Positions 9,160-19,718 are shown, numbered from the stretch's first letter. The stretch is DNA of 64,000 bases from Oxalobacteraceae bacterium UBA4003 (GCA_002384815.1 DGBN01000046.1:25489-89488), one strand, 5' to 3'. Notes: generated from the letters alone by a model not told the origin. Program-made: numbers and translations.

Positions 9160-10398
9160 ATGAGTTCACTTCCCCGTCTGACTAGTCTTGGCGCCGCCAT
9201 CTTTGTTTTGTTTGCAGTCACCGCTTGCGGCAAATCCGATGTCCCAGCAGCCGCACCGCCGCCAACCGAAGTATCCGTGGTCACGATCAAGTCGTCAGCA
9301 TTGGGAGTCACAAACGAATTACCGGGTCGCCTGGAATCGACCCGCATTGCTGAAATTCGCGCCCGCGTTCCCGGCGTCGTGTTGAAACGCACCTTCCGCG
9401 AGGGCAGCGACGTCAAGGCTGGCGCCACGCTGTTCCTGATCGATCCGGCCCAATTCAAAGCCGCTTATAACAGCGCTGATGCGGCTGTCGCCAAGGCGGA
9501 AGCAACGCTGCTGCAAGCCGAATTGAAGGCCAAACGCTACAAACCTCTGGTCGAAACCAATGCCATCAGCAAACAGGAATTTGACGACGTCACCGCAACG
9601 CAGAAAACCGCAGCAGCAGATCTGGCCGCTGCCAAGGCTGCACGTGCTACCGCCAAACTGTCGCTCGACTACGCCACCGTGACCTCGCCAATCTCTGGTC
9701 GCGTCGGCCGCGCACTCGTTACTGAAGGCGCATTGGTCGGTCAAAACGAAGCGACACCGCTGGCAACCGTGCAACAGATCGATCCTATCTACGTCAACAT
9801 GACGCAGTCCAGCACTGAAATCCTGCAACTGCAACGTGCAATGGCCGATGGAAAACTGAAAAGTGCAGGCAAGGGAGAAGTCAAGGTAACCTTGATCACC
9901 GAAGATGGTCAGGAATATGCACAAGCAGGAAAACTGCTCTTTTCCGATCTGACAGTCGACGAAAGTTCGGGCGCAGTCACCTTGCGTGCAGAGTTCCCAA
10001 ATCCTGATCGCCAATTATTGCCTGGCATGTATGTACGTGCCCGCGTTGAACAAGCCATTAATGAAAACGCGATCACCGTACCGCAACAAGCCATCACGCG
10101 CACACCGGATGGTGCGGCTGTCATGGTGGTCAGTGCCGAAAATAAAGTTGTGTCACGTTCGGTGAAAACCGGCGCTGCCAGCGGTGACTCATGGGTCATC
10201 AATGACGGTCTGAAAGAAGGTGACCAGGTCATTGTTGAAGGCCTGCAAAAAGTCCAGCCAGGTGCAACGGTCAAGGCAGTGCAATGGAAAAAAGCTGCGC
10301 CTGCCGACACTGCTCCCGCAACAGATCCAGCGAAGCCGGCTCCGGAACCAACGGCCACCCCTGCAGCCAAGACCGCAGAACAACCGAAGTCGAAGTAA
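9160..10398 (+). CDS. acrA: RND efflux periplasmic adaptor (AcrA/MexA type) lipoprotein
   Basis: Lipobox VTAC, LPGRLE...RARVPG, SPISGRVG motifs. Start ATG 9154 or 9160. Confidence 0.93.
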   Translation: MSSLPRLTSLGAAIFVLFAVTACGKSDVPAAAPPPTEVSVVTIKSSALGVTNELPGRLESTRIAEIRARVPGVVLKRTFREGSDVKAGATLFLIDPAQFKAAYNSADAAVAKAEATLLQAELKAKRYKPLVETNAISKQEFDDVTATQKTAAADLAAAKAARATAKLSLDYATVTSPISGRVGRALVTEGALVGQNEATPLATVQQIDPIYVNMTQSSTEILQLQRAMADGKLKSAGKGEVKVTLITEDGQEYAQAGKLLFSDLTVDESSGAVTLRAEFPNPDRQLLPGMYVRARVEQAINENAITVPQQAITRTPDGAAVMVVSAENKVVSRSVKTGAASGDSWVINDGLKEGDQVIVEGLQKVQPGATVKAVQWKKAAPADTAPATDPAKPAPEPTATPAAKTAEQPKSK

Positions 10399-10410
10399 GG
10401 GAGCATCGTA

Positions 10411-13400
10411 ATGGGTAAATTTTTTATTGACCGCCCGGTTTTTGCCTGGGTACTAGCCATCTTCATCATGCTGGCTGGCGCACTCGCAATTACCAGCTTG
10501 CCGGTCGCTCAGTATCCGAACATCGCACCGCCGACAATCGTGGTCACCGCGAATTATCCGGGCGCTACTGCACAAACGCTGGACGATAGCGTTACCAGCT
10601 TGATCGAACAGGAAATGAACGGTGCCGATGGTTTGCAATACATCGAATCGCAAAGTCAGGCCAATGGCCAGGTTCAAATCACGGTTACGTTTTCCCCAGA
10701 GACAAATCCGGATCTGGCTGCAGTGGATGTTTCCAACCGCTTGAAACGCGTGGAATCACGGCTGCCTGCGGCAGTCACACAGCAAGGCGTGCAAGTAACC
10801 AAATCACGCAGCAACTTTCTGATGTTCATCGGCCTGTCCTCGTCCGATGGCAGGCTCGACCCTGTCGCACTGGGTGATTATTTATCACGCAACGTGCTCA
10901 ATGAAATCAAGCGAGTACCAGGCGTCGGTCAGGCACAGTTGTTCGGTACCGAACGCGCGATGCGTATCTGGGTTGATCCGAATAAACTGGTCGGTTTGAA
11001 TCTGACACCGGCCGACATCACCGCAGCCATCCGCGCGCAAAATGCACTGGTTGCCGGCGGTACGCTCGGCGATCTGCCTAGCCCAAGCTCGCAACAAATT
11101 ACAGCAACCATCGTGGTCAACGGGCAAATGAGCAGCCCGGATGAATTCGGCAAAATCATTTTGCGTGCAAACAAGGATGGTTCGTCGGTACGCCTGCGCG
11201 ATGTCGCCCGCATCGAAGTCGGTGGTCAATCGTATGCAACCGCCGGTCGTCTCGATGGCAAGCCAACATCCTTCGTGGGCGTGCAATTGTCACCCACTGC
11301 GAACGCGCTGGGTACGGCAACGGCCGTGCACAATAAAATGGAAGAGCTGTCCAGGTACTTCCCGACTGGTGTGACATACACAGTACCTTATGACACATCC
11401 AAGTTCGTTCAGATATCGATCGAGGAAGTCGTCAAGACGCTGATCGAAGCGATTATCCTGGTGTTCCTGGTGATGTATCTGTTCTTGCAGAATCTTCGCT
11501 ATACCCTGATCCCGACCATTGTCGTACCGGTTGCGTTGATGGGTACGTTTGCAACCTTGCTGGTGTTCGGTTTCTCGATCAATGTGTTGACGATGTTCGG
11601 TATGGTGCTAGCGATCGGTATTCTGGTCGATGATGCGATTGTGGTGGTGGAAAACGTCGAACGCATCATGAGCGAAGAAGGTTTGTCGCCGCGCGATGCA
11701 ACACGCAAGGCGATGGGCCAGATTACCGGCGCGCTGATCGGTATCACGCTGGTGCTGATTGCGGTGTTCATCCCGATGGCATTCTTCGGTGGTGCGGTTG
11801 GCGCGATTTATCGCCAGTTCTCGATCTCAATGGTGGCATCGATGGTGTTCTCGGTGTTGATGGCTTTCACGCTGACACCCGCACTCTGCGCTACCATCTT
11901 GAAACCGGTTCAAGCCGGCCATCATCATGAAAAACGCGGTTTCTTCGGCTGGTTCAACCGTGTCTTCAACAAGACTTCTGTGCGCTACCAGGGCTTTATC
12001 GGCAAGATGCTGAGCAAAACCACGCGTTACATGATTGTGTATGGTCTGATCGTCGCTTGCGTCGGCTTGCTGTATGCGCGCTTGCCGGCATCCTTCCTGC
12101 CAAGTGAAGATCAGGGTTACATCATCACCAACGTCCAGTTGCCGTCAGGTGCCAGCACCGGCCGCACGCTGGAAGTGCTGAAAGAAATCGAAGAGTATTA
12201 CATGAAGCAACCTGCGGTCGAGCACGTGATCTCTATCTCCGGCTTCAGCTTCTCCGGGAATGGGCAAAATGCCGGTCTGGTCTTTACACCGTTCAAGGAC
12301 TGGAGCGAACGCGGCAAGGAAGATAGCGCCGATGCGATTGCCGGTCGCGCCTTCGGTGCATTCTCGCAAATCAAGGATGCCATCGTATTCCCGTTGAATC
12401 CGCCGCCGATTCGCGAACTGGGTAATGCCATCGGCTTTACCTTCCGTCTGCAGGATAGGGCCGGTCTCGGCCATGATGCACTGATCGCGGCACGTAATCA
12501 GATGCTCGGCATGGCAGCGCAAAGCGAAATCCTCGCAGGCGTCCGTCCTGAAGGCCTGGAAGATGCACCGCAACTGCAACTCGACATCAACCGCGACAAG
12601 GCAAATGCACTGGGTGTGACATTTGAAAGCATCAACAGCGTCATGTCGACATTGCTGGGTTCGTCTTACGTCAATGACTTCCCGAATCAGGGTCGCCAGC
12701 AACGTGTGATCGTGCAAGCTGACGCCCCGCGTCGTTTGCAACCGGAAGATCTGGACAAGTTGTATGCCCGCAGTGCGACAGGTGCGATGGTACCTTTCTC
12801 GTCATTCACGACATCGAAGTGGATCACCGGACCGGTGCAGTTGATTCGTTATAACGGCTATCCGGCAATGAAGATTTCCGGCGGCGTCAAACCCGGTTTC
12901 AGTACCGGCGATGCGATGAAGGAAATGGAAGCATTGGTGGAAAAACTGCCCGCCGGCATAGGTTACGAATGGACCGGTCAATCGCTGGAGGAACAAACTT
13001 CCGGCAATCAGGCTCCAGCCCTGTACGCACTGTCGCTGATCGCCGTATTCCTGGTGCTGGCAGCCTTGTATGAAAGCACGTCGATTCCATTGTCGGTGAT
13101 GCTGGTAGTGCCACTCGGGATTCTCGGCGCCCTGCTCGGCGTCACCTTGCGCGGCATGCCGAATGACGTGTACTTCAAGGTCGGGATGATCGCGGTGGTT
13201 GGTCTCTCTGCCAAAAATGCGATTCTGATTATCGAATTTGCGAAGGATTTGCAGGCCGAAGGCAAGGGATTGATAGAAGCAACACTGGAAGCAGTGCATC
13301 TGCGCTTCCGCCCTATCATCATGACCTCGCTGGCATTCATCCTCGGCGTGCTGCCTCTGGTACTCGCTTCCGGTGCCGGTTCGGCCAGTCAACGCGCCAT

Positions 13401-13560
13401 CGGTACCGGCGTGATGGGCGGCATGATCACTGCCACCGTGCTGGCGGTGTTCTTCGTGCCGGTATTTTTTGTAGTGGTGCGCACCTTATTCAAGGGTAGC
13501 GAACGCCAGCGCCGCATGTATGCGGGACACAAGCAACGCAACGAGGATGAAGAATTATGA
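10411..13560 (+). CDS. acrB: RND efflux inner-membrane transporter (HAE1; AcrB/MexB type)
   Basis: FFIDRPVFAWV, GILVDDAIVVVENVER, SAKNAILI and RFRPIIMTS motifs; 1049 aa. Confidence 0.96.
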   Translation: MGKFFIDRPVFAWVLAIFIMLAGALAITSLPVAQYPNIAPPTIVVTANYPGATAQTLDDSVTSLIEQEMNGADGLQYIESQSQANGQVQITVTFSPETNPDLAAVDVSNRLKRVESRLPAAVTQQGVQVTKSRSNFLMFIGLSSSDGRLDPVALGDYLSRNVLNEIKRVPGVGQAQLFGTERAMRIWVDPNKLVGLNLTPADITAAIRAQNALVAGGTLGDLPSPSSQQITATIVVNGQMSSPDEFGKIILRANKDGSSVRLRDVARIEVGGQSYATAGRLDGKPTSFVGVQLSPTANALGTATAVHNKMEELSRYFPTGVTYTVPYDTSKFVQISIEEVVKTLIEAIILVFLVMYLFLQNLRYTLIPTIVVPVALMGTFATLLVFGFSINVLTMFGMVLAIGILVDDAIVVVENVERIMSEEGLSPRDATRKAMGQITGALIGITLVLIAVFIPMAFFGGAVGAIYRQFSISMVASMVFSVLMAFTLTPALCATILKPVQAGHHHEKRGFFGWFNRVFNKTSVRYQGFIGKMLSKTTRYMIVYGLIVACVGLLYARLPASFLPSEDQGYIITNVQLPSGASTGRTLEVLKEIEEYYMKQPAVEHVISISGFSFSGNGQNAGLVFTPFKDWSERGKEDSADAIAGRAFGAFSQIKDAIVFPLNPPPIRELGNAIGFTFRLQDRAGLGHDALIAARNQMLGMAAQSEILAGVRPEGLEDAPQLQLDINRDKANALGVTFESINSVMSTLLGSSYVNDFPNQGRQQRVIVQADAPRRLQPEDLDKLYARSATGAMVPFSSFTTSKWITGPVQLIRYNGYPAMKISGGVKPGFSTGDAMKEMEALVEKLPAGIGYEWTGQSLEEQTSGNQAPALYALSLIAVFLVLAALYESTSIPLSVMLVVPLGILGALLGVTLRGMPNDVYFKVGMIAVVGLSAKNAILIIEFAKDLQAEGKGLIEATLEAVHLRFRPIIMTSLAFILGVLPLVLASGAGSASQRAIGTGVMGGMITATVLAVFFVPVFFVVVRTLFKGSERQRRMYAGHKQRNEDEEL

Positions 13561-14993
13561 TCAAGCAATTGACCTTGACCGTACTGGCAGCAAGCGTATT
13601 GAGCGCTTGCTCGATGGCGCCGAAATATACCCGCCCTGCTGCTCCGGTAGCAGCGGATTACGCGACTCCTTCCGCCGTCGCGGCAAATCAGTTGCGCGCC
13701 TCTGAAACCGGCTGGCGCACCTTCTTTCCGGATGCACGCCTGCAATCACTGATCAGTATTTCTCTGGTCAACAATCGCGACTTGCGTGTGGCGGCACTGC
13801 GCATAGAAGAAGCGCGTGCGCAGTACAACATTCAATCGGCGGATCTGGTGCCGAATCTGAATGGCACCGCAACCGGCAACCGCGGTCGCACCCCGGCATC
13901 GCTGTCGTCGACCAACACCAGCGTAGTCAACAGCAACTATCAGGTCGGACTGAGTTTGGCTTCGTTCGAACTGGATTTCTTCGGTCGCGTACGCAGCCTG
14001 AACGATGCAGCACTGGCACAATATCTTGCGACTGAAGAAGCGCAACGCGCCGCGCACATCAGTCTGGTCGCCGAAGTTGCCAAGGCTTATCTCGCAGAAC
14101 GCGCATACGCTGAACAACTGGCGCTGGCACAAAGCACCTTCGACAGCCGCAACAAGGCCTATGACCTGGCCAGGCAACGCTTTGAAGTCGGCGCAAGCTC
14201 GGCGCTGGATCTGCGCCAGAACGAAGCCTTGCTGCAATCAGCGCGTGTCGCACAATTGACCTTGTCGCGCCAGCGTGCACAGGCGTTCAATGCATTGACC
14301 GTGCTGGTCGGCCAGCCCTTGACCGATTTGCCGCCGGCGCAACCGCTGTCATCACAAAACATCGTGACAGACATTCCGGCCGGCCTGCCATCCGACTTGC
14401 TGACGCAACGTCCGGATATCCGCAGCGCCGAGCAATCCTTGCTGGCTGCAAACGCGAATATAGGCGCCGCCCGCGCTGCCTTCTTCCCGCGTATTTCACT
14501 AACTGCCGGTGTAGGCACTGCCAGCAACTCCTTGTCGGGTTTGTTCGAGGACGGTTCACGTGCATGGTCGTTTGCACCGCAACTGGTATTGCCTATTTTT
14601 GAAGGCGGTCGCAACATTGCCAATCTGGACCTGAGCGAAGTGCGCAAGAATATTGCCATCGCCACTTACGAGAAAAGCATACAGCTTGCCTTTCGCGAAG
14701 TCGCCGATGCCCTGGTAGCACGCGGCCTGCTGGATGAACAGATAGAAGCGCAGCGTCTGGTACAGGATGCGCAGGCAGAACGCCTGAAACTGGCGAATCA
14801 GCGTTTCGAAAATGGCATTTCGAGTTCGCTCGACGTGCTGGATGCACAACGCGAACTGTTTGCGGCAGAACAAGATCTGGTGCAGGCTCGTCTACTGCGC
14901 CTGACCAATGCCATCGATTTGTACCGCTCGCTGGGCGGCGGCCTGGCAGAAACCAATACGGTTGCGGCTACTGCTACAACTGCGACGAAATAA
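13557..14993 (+). CDS. oprM: RND outer-membrane lipoprotein (OprM/NodT family)
   Basis: Lipobox LSAC, ELDFFGRVRS, LPSDLLTQRPDIRSAE, LYRSLGGG. Confidence 0.92.
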   Translation: MIKQLTLTVLAASVLSACSMAPKYTRPAAPVAADYATPSAVAANQLRASETGWRTFFPDARLQSLISISLVNNRDLRVAALRIEEARAQYNIQSADLVPNLNGTATGNRGRTPASLSSTNTSVVNSNYQVGLSLASFELDFFGRVRSLNDAALAQYLATEEAQRAAHISLVAEVAKAYLAERAYAEQLALAQSTFDSRNKAYDLARQRFEVGASSALDLRQNEALLQSARVAQLTLSRQRAQAFNALTVLVGQPLTDLPPAQPLSSQNIVTDIPAGLPSDLLTQRPDIRSAEQSLLAANANIGAARAAFFPRISLTAGVGTASNSLSGLFEDGSRAWSFAPQLVLPIFEGGRNIANLDLSEVRKNIAIATYEKSIQLAFREVADALVARGLLDEQIEAQRLVQDAQAERLKLANQRFENGISSSLDVLDAQRELFAAEQDLVQARLLRLTNAIDLYRSLGGGLAETNTVAATATTATK

Positions 14994-15006
14994 CTCTCGC
15001 TGTCTG

Positions 15007-15039
15007 TAAAAAAACGGGCCACGCAAGTGGCCCGTTTTT
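15007..15039. terminator. Intrinsic terminator downstream of oprM
   Basis: AAAAAAACGGGCCAC-GCAA-GTGGCCCGTTTTTT hairpin flanked by A and T tracts. Confidence 0.85.
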
Positions 15040-15144
15040 ATGGCAACTCAGGTTTGTGCGATGACAAGTAGCTGCATCCTGCAGGAACCTCTGGCTCAGC
15101 CTGCACTCAGACCTGCATTAAGCTTCAATCCCGCAGGAAAACTC

Positions 15145-15666
15145 ATGCACAAAAATATCTTGTTTTTATCGCTAGCGGCACTTCTGGCATCGTCTGCACA
15201 GGCTGCCGAAAATAAAATGCGTCCAGGGCTGTGGGAAATAAGCACTAGCTCACGCCTGCTCGCATTCGCGGAGCAGATTCCACCCGATCAAATGCAGAAC
15301 TTGAGCAATCTGGCACGACAATACGGCTTTGAGATGCCCAAGATAAAAAATGGCGCGGCCAATTCCAGAGTTTGCGTGACGAAAGAAATGTCAGAGCAAA
15401 ATATTCCGCCGTATTTTTACCATCGCCAATCCGGCTGCGAAGTCAAAAATGCAACACGCATTGAAAATCGCTACAGTGCCGACCTTGTCTGCACCAGCAG
15501 GCAGATTAACGGCCAGGGAAAAACCGCAGCGACCTTGAACACCCCGGAAAGCTTTGCCGGACAAACCGAATTCAGCGGCACAGTGCGTGGCGTGAACGTC
15601 GATGAAAAAGCCGACACCAGCGGCACGTGGCTGGCTGCCAACTGTGCAGAAGAAAATCCTCGCTAG
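15145..15666 (+). CDS. Secreted DUF3617-like protein
   Basis: Signal peptide followed by MRPGLWEIS..., conserved Cys pattern and C-terminal GTWLAANC, typical of DUF3617. Confidence 0.75.
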   Translation: MHKNILFLSLAALLASSAQAAENKMRPGLWEISTSSRLLAFAEQIPPDQMQNLSNLARQYGFEMPKIKNGAANSRVCVTKEMSEQNIPPYFYHRQSGCEVKNATRIENRYSADLVCTSRQINGQGKTAATLNTPESFAGQTEFSGTVRGVNVDEKADTSGTWLAANCAEENPR

Positions 15667-15795
15667 GTCCACAAGCCCGTGCACGGCATGGCGATGCATA
15701 CAGGCTGATACAAGTCGTAACAAACCTTACCATTTCAATCTGGTTATTGATGCAGCGCTGGTATTTAATGGAGCCATCAATCAAGGAGATGAACC

Positions 15796-16110
15796 ATGAA
15801 AAAGACGCTTACCATTTCAGCCAGCGTCCTGGCGCTTGCAACGCTGTTATTTGCCGCTACGCCGGCGATGGCACGGGTTGATGTGGGAGTACATATCGGT
15901 GTTCCCATATATATGCAACCGCAACCTGTCTACGTACAGCCGCGTCCGGTCTATGTGCGACCGCAGCCCGTATATGTCGATCGGCATTACTACAGGCATT
16001 ACGATAAGCATCATCACAAGCATTACCGCAAGCACTATCGTCATGATCGCGACCGCGATGGCGTACCGAATCGTTACGATCGCCGTCCCAATAATCCTTA
16101 TCGCTATTAA
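15796..16110 (+). CDS. Small secreted PXPV-repeat protein with His/Arg/Tyr-rich tail
   Basis: GGAG RBS, signal peptide, QPQPVYVQPRPVYVRPQPVYV repeats, DRDRDGVPNRYD tail. Confidence 0.8.
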   Translation: MKKTLTISASVLALATLLFAATPAMARVDVGVHIGVPIYMQPQPVYVQPRPVYVRPQPVYVDRHYYRHYDKHHHKHYRKHYRHDRDRDGVPNRYDRRPNNPYRY

Positions 16111-16120
16111 GCAAAACAGA

Positions 16121-16651
16121 TCAGCCGCGCGCGACATCCTTAGCTAGAAAGCGTGCGGCTGCATCGTAGCTGTTCAATTTTTCCTGCAATGCCGGGGCAT
16201 CAATCGGGGCGAATCCGTGGCGCGCCCAAAAGGCATGCGAGTCATTGACAGCGACCAGCGACATTGTGGCCAGACCGGCAGCCTGCGCCAGCTGCATCAA
16301 TATATCGACCAGTTGCGACGCAGCGCCTAGCCCGCGCGCCACAGGCAGTAGTGCGACATCGTGAATGTAATAGGTGGAAGCTGTGGCCGGCAGCACCTGC
16401 AATAACGAATTCAAGGCTGGCGGCTGCAGCTCCCGCCACGGATGGCTGATGACATAGCCTGCGACCTGCGTCCCAGCTTCAAGCAATAGACAACCATCAG
16501 GATAGAGCGCCAGACGTTCGGTAAAAACACGCTCATCTTCCGGGTAATCCGGATGCACCTGCGCCGCGATAAGGACAACTGCCGCCATATCCAGCGCCGA
16601 CATGCGACGCCAATTGAAATGCCTGTCCTGACTGCACATGACTGGATGCAA
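16121..16651 (-). CDS. GNAT-family N-acetyltransferase
   Basis: YYIHDVALLPVARGLGAA (motif A) and LVAVNDSHAFWARHGF (motif B). Start codon uncertain. Confidence 0.85.
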   Translation of the reverse strand: MHPVMCSQDRHFNWRRMSALDMAAVVLIAAQVHPDYPEDERVFTERLALYPDGCLLLEAGTQVAGYVISHPWRELQPPALNSLLQVLPATASTYYIHDVALLPVARGLGAASQLVDILMQLAQAAGLATMSLVAVNDSHAFWARHGFAPIDAPALQEKLNSYDAAARFLAKDVARG

Positions 16652-16657
16652 TGCCGT

Positions 16658-16852
16658 TTATTCGCTGTACGGCCCGCAACAGGAACACGGCCCGTGCCCA
16701 TGCTGCACGTGGCGAAAATCTGCCGGTGGCGCGGCCTCTTGCACCTGCTCTTCTTGCGCCCCCAGTACGCGTTTGTATTGCGTTCCAGCCGGAACCTTCG
16801 ACTCAGCCTGCTCTTCAGGCACTGACAATGCCGTGCGTTGTTCTGTACTCAT
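16658..16852 (-). CDS. Small hypothetical protein with C-terminal His/Cys cluster
   Basis: 64-aa ORF fitting exactly between waaA and the GNAT gene on the same strand; ends HVQHGHGPCSCCGPYSE. Confidence 0.45.
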   Translation of the reverse strand: MSTEQRTALSVPEEQAESKVPAGTQYKRVLGAQEEQVQEAAPPADFRHVQHGHGPCSCCGPYSE

Positions 16853-16889
16853 TTAATCTCCTGCAATGAAATCGGGCCATGTCGCCGCA

Positions 16890-18158
16890 TCATGTGATCA
16901 GCGGCCTCAACAATGCCATGGTGCGCGCAGTGGCACCGCCATGCTGCTGCGCAAAATTCCGTGCCTGCTCACCGATTGCAATGCGCGTGGCGGTATCGTC
17001 CAGCAGGCGCATGGCTTGCGCGCACAGGTCCTCTGCATCCACCACACGCAAGGCACCGCCTGCAGCAATGGCATTTTCAACGGCATCGGCAAAATTGAAA
17101 GTATGCTGTCCTATCAATACCGGTTTACCGACCGCACTGGCTTCGATCAGATTATGGCCACCGAGCGACAGCAGACTGCCGCCAACAAACGCCACATCGC
17201 AAGCGGCATAGTAGGCAAACATTTCGCCCATGCTATCACCCAGAAAAACGCGTACATCATTACCGATTTCAGCATCGCCGCTCGTTGAGCGTCGCGCCAA
17301 GGGCAAAGAACGTGCACTGATCATTTGCGCGACATCATTGAATCGTTGCGGATGACGCGGCACCAGCACCAATAAAACATCCGGTCGATTCTGCTGCAGC
17401 CATGCATCCAGAATCAGCGCTTCTTCGCCATCGCGCGTATTGGCGCAAACGAATATGGGCCGCGAACCAAGCTGCCGGCGCAAGATCGCGCCACGTTGCA
17501 GCATTTCTGGTGGCGGTATCACATCAAACTTGATGCTGCCGGTAACGTGTACTGATGGCGCGCCTAACTGGCGTATGCGCACCGCATCGTCCTCAGTTTG
17601 TGCAGCAACGCAAGACATCGCAGCAGCCGCTTCGACAAACAAACCAGGTAAGCGCAAGGCCTTGTTCAAGGAACGTTCGGATAAGCGTGCATTCACCAAA
17701 GCGACCGGCACATCATGACGAACGCTTTGCGCCATCACATTCGGCCACACTTCGGTTTCCATCAAAACGCACAGCTTCGGTTTGAAGTGGCGCAAGAAAC
17801 GACCCACCATCCAGCCGGTATCATATGGCAGATAACTCTGCAGCACGCGTGGCTGCGCAGCGAACAAGGCCTTGCCGGTCGCACGGCCTGTCGGCGTCAT
17901 ATGCGTGAGCAACAGGGTATGCGCTGGATAAGCGGCCAGCAAGGCATCAATCAGCGGTTGCGCCGCGCGTGTTTCGCCTACGGAAACTGCGTGCAGCCAT
18001 ATCACGGGCAATGCGCGATCATAGACGACGCCTTGATAAAAACCCAAACGTTCAGCTATGTGCTGGCGATAGCCAGGTTCTTTACGCCCGCGTACAAACA
18101 GACGCAACAATACCAGCGGCAAGGCAAGCCACCACGCAACAGAGTAAATCAGGCGCAT
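16890..18158 (-). CDS. waaA: 3-deoxy-D-manno-octulosonic acid (Kdo) transferase
   Basis: WLHAVSVGE, METEVWPN, VPRHPQRF, GGHNLIE motifs. Confidence 0.97.
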   Translation of the reverse strand: MRLIYSVAWWLALPLVLLRLFVRGRKEPGYRQHIAERLGFYQGVVYDRALPVIWLHAVSVGETRAAQPLIDALLAAYPAHTLLLTHMTPTGRATGKALFAAQPRVLQSYLPYDTGWMVGRFLRHFKPKLCVLMETEVWPNVMAQSVRHDVPVALVNARLSERSLNKALRLPGLFVEAAAAMSCVAAQTEDDAVRIRQLGAPSVHVTGSIKFDVIPPPEMLQRGAILRRQLGSRPIFVCANTRDGEEALILDAWLQQNRPDVLLVLVPRHPQRFNDVAQMISARSLPLARRSTSGDAEIGNDVRVFLGDSMGEMFAYYAACDVAFVGGSLLSLGGHNLIEASAVGKPVLIGQHTFNFADAVENAIAAGGALRVVDAEDLCAQAMRLLDDTATRIAIGEQARNFAQQHGGATARTMALLRPLIT

Positions 18159-18341
18159 GAGCTTATTCCGCCCTGAGTACGCAGACTGGTCGTTGCCGTG
18201 ATTGAAAAATGGAATAGTAATTGCATGAGCCGTATTATGCCGCTTCGGCCCCGCCGCTGCCTAACTGAAGTGAAATTGTGACGCTATTGGAGCAAACACG
18301 AAACCGCAATCGGCGTTGCACCGACTGCGGTCATGTGAGTA

Positions 18342-19718
18342 TTAGTACGGCATCACCGCATCCGGTTTGGCCGCATTAATAACACGCTTGAATTCTGCCT
18401 GGATACGCTGCAATCCCTGCTGCGACTCCGCCTCGAAGCGCATGACAATCACCGGTGTGGTATTCGACGAACGCGCCAGACCGAAGCCGTCCGGATACTC
18501 TACCCGCAAGCCATCTATCGTGATGATCTGATCGGAGCCCGGGAACTGCGCCTCGCTTTGCAACTTGGCGATCAAGGGGAAGCTTTCGCCCTCCTTCAAT
18601 TTCAATTGCAGTTCCGGTGTGCTGACCGATTGCGGCAAGGCATTCAAGATAGCAGATGGATCTTTTTCACGGCTCAATAATTCCAGCATGCGCGCACCAG
18701 CATACATGCCGTCATCGAAACCGTACCATCTATCCTTGAAGAAAACATGGCCGCTCATTTCGCCGCCCAGGGGGGCGCCGGTTTCGCGCATTTTTGCCTT
18801 GACCAGCGAATGGCCGGTTTTCCACATCAGCGGCTTGCCGCCGCGCTCGGTAATCCATGGCGCCAGATGACGCGTGCATTTGACGTCATACAAAATCTGT
18901 TCGCCAGGATGGCGCGTCAAAACATCCTGCGCAAACAACATCAGTTGGCGATCCGGATAAATGATCTGTCCATCTTTGGTGACAAGGCCCAGTCTGTCGC
19001 CATCGCCATCAAAGGCAAGGCCGATTTCGGCATCGGTCTCTTGCAGGCAGCGTATCAAATCCTGCAGATTTTCCGGATGTGCAGGATCAGGATGATGATT
19101 CGGGAAAGTACCATCGACTTCGCAAAATAATTCAATCACTTCGCAACCGAGTGCGCGGTACAGATCGCCGGCAAAAGCACCCGCCACACCGTTGCCGCAA
19201 TCGATTGCTATCTTCATCGGACGCGCCAGTTTGACGTCGCCCGCGATGCGTTGCTGATAAGCGTCTGCGATATCGTAAGTGCGATAACTGCCGACACCTT
19301 CGCTGAACCCCTTGTTGATGATGGCTTGATACAAGGCCTGGATCGTGTCGCCGTAAATCGCTTCGCCTGCCAGCACCATCTTGAAACCGTTGTAGTCGGG
19401 CGGATTATGACTGCCGGTCACCATGATGCCGGATTGCGCATCCAGCACATGTGTCCCGAGATACAGCATGGGCGTAGCGACCACACCGAGATCGACCACA
19501 TCGAGACCTGTCGCCTGCAAACCTTCGGCCAGCGCCGCCGATAATTCAGGGCCGGACAAGCGGCCATCACGCCCGATCACCACGACCTGCTCGCCTTTGG
19601 CACGCACTGCGCTGCCGAACGCACGGCCAATCGCACGCGCCACATCGGCATCCAGCGTAGAACCGATGACGCCACGAATATCGTAAGCCTTGAAAATACT
19701 TTGCGAGAGAGTCAGCAT
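18342..19718 (-). CDS. pgm: Phosphomannomutase/phosphoglucomutase (AlgC/ManB type)
   Basis: IFKAYDIRG, phosphoserine loop TGSHNP, FDGDGDR, GEMSGH. Start set at ATG 19718. Confidence 0.96.
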   Translation of the reverse strand: MLTLSQSIFKAYDIRGVIGSTLDADVARAIGRAFGSAVRAKGEQVVVIGRDGRLSGPELSAALAEGLQATGLDVVDLGVVATPMLYLGTHVLDAQSGIMVTGSHNPPDYNGFKMVLAGEAIYGDTIQALYQAIINKGFSEGVGSYRTYDIADAYQQRIAGDVKLARPMKIAIDCGNGVAGAFAGDLYRALGCEVIELFCEVDGTFPNHHPDPAHPENLQDLIRCLQETDAEIGLAFDGDGDRLGLVTKDGQIIYPDRQLMLFAQDVLTRHPGEQILYDVKCTRHLAPWITERGGKPLMWKTGHSLVKAKMRETGAPLGGEMSGHVFFKDRWYGFDDGMYAGARMLELLSREKDPSAILNALPQSVSTPELQLKLKEGESFPLIAKLQSEAQFPGSDQIITIDGLRVEYPDGFGLARSSNTTPVIVMRFEAESQQGLQRIQAEFKRVINAAKPDAVMPY

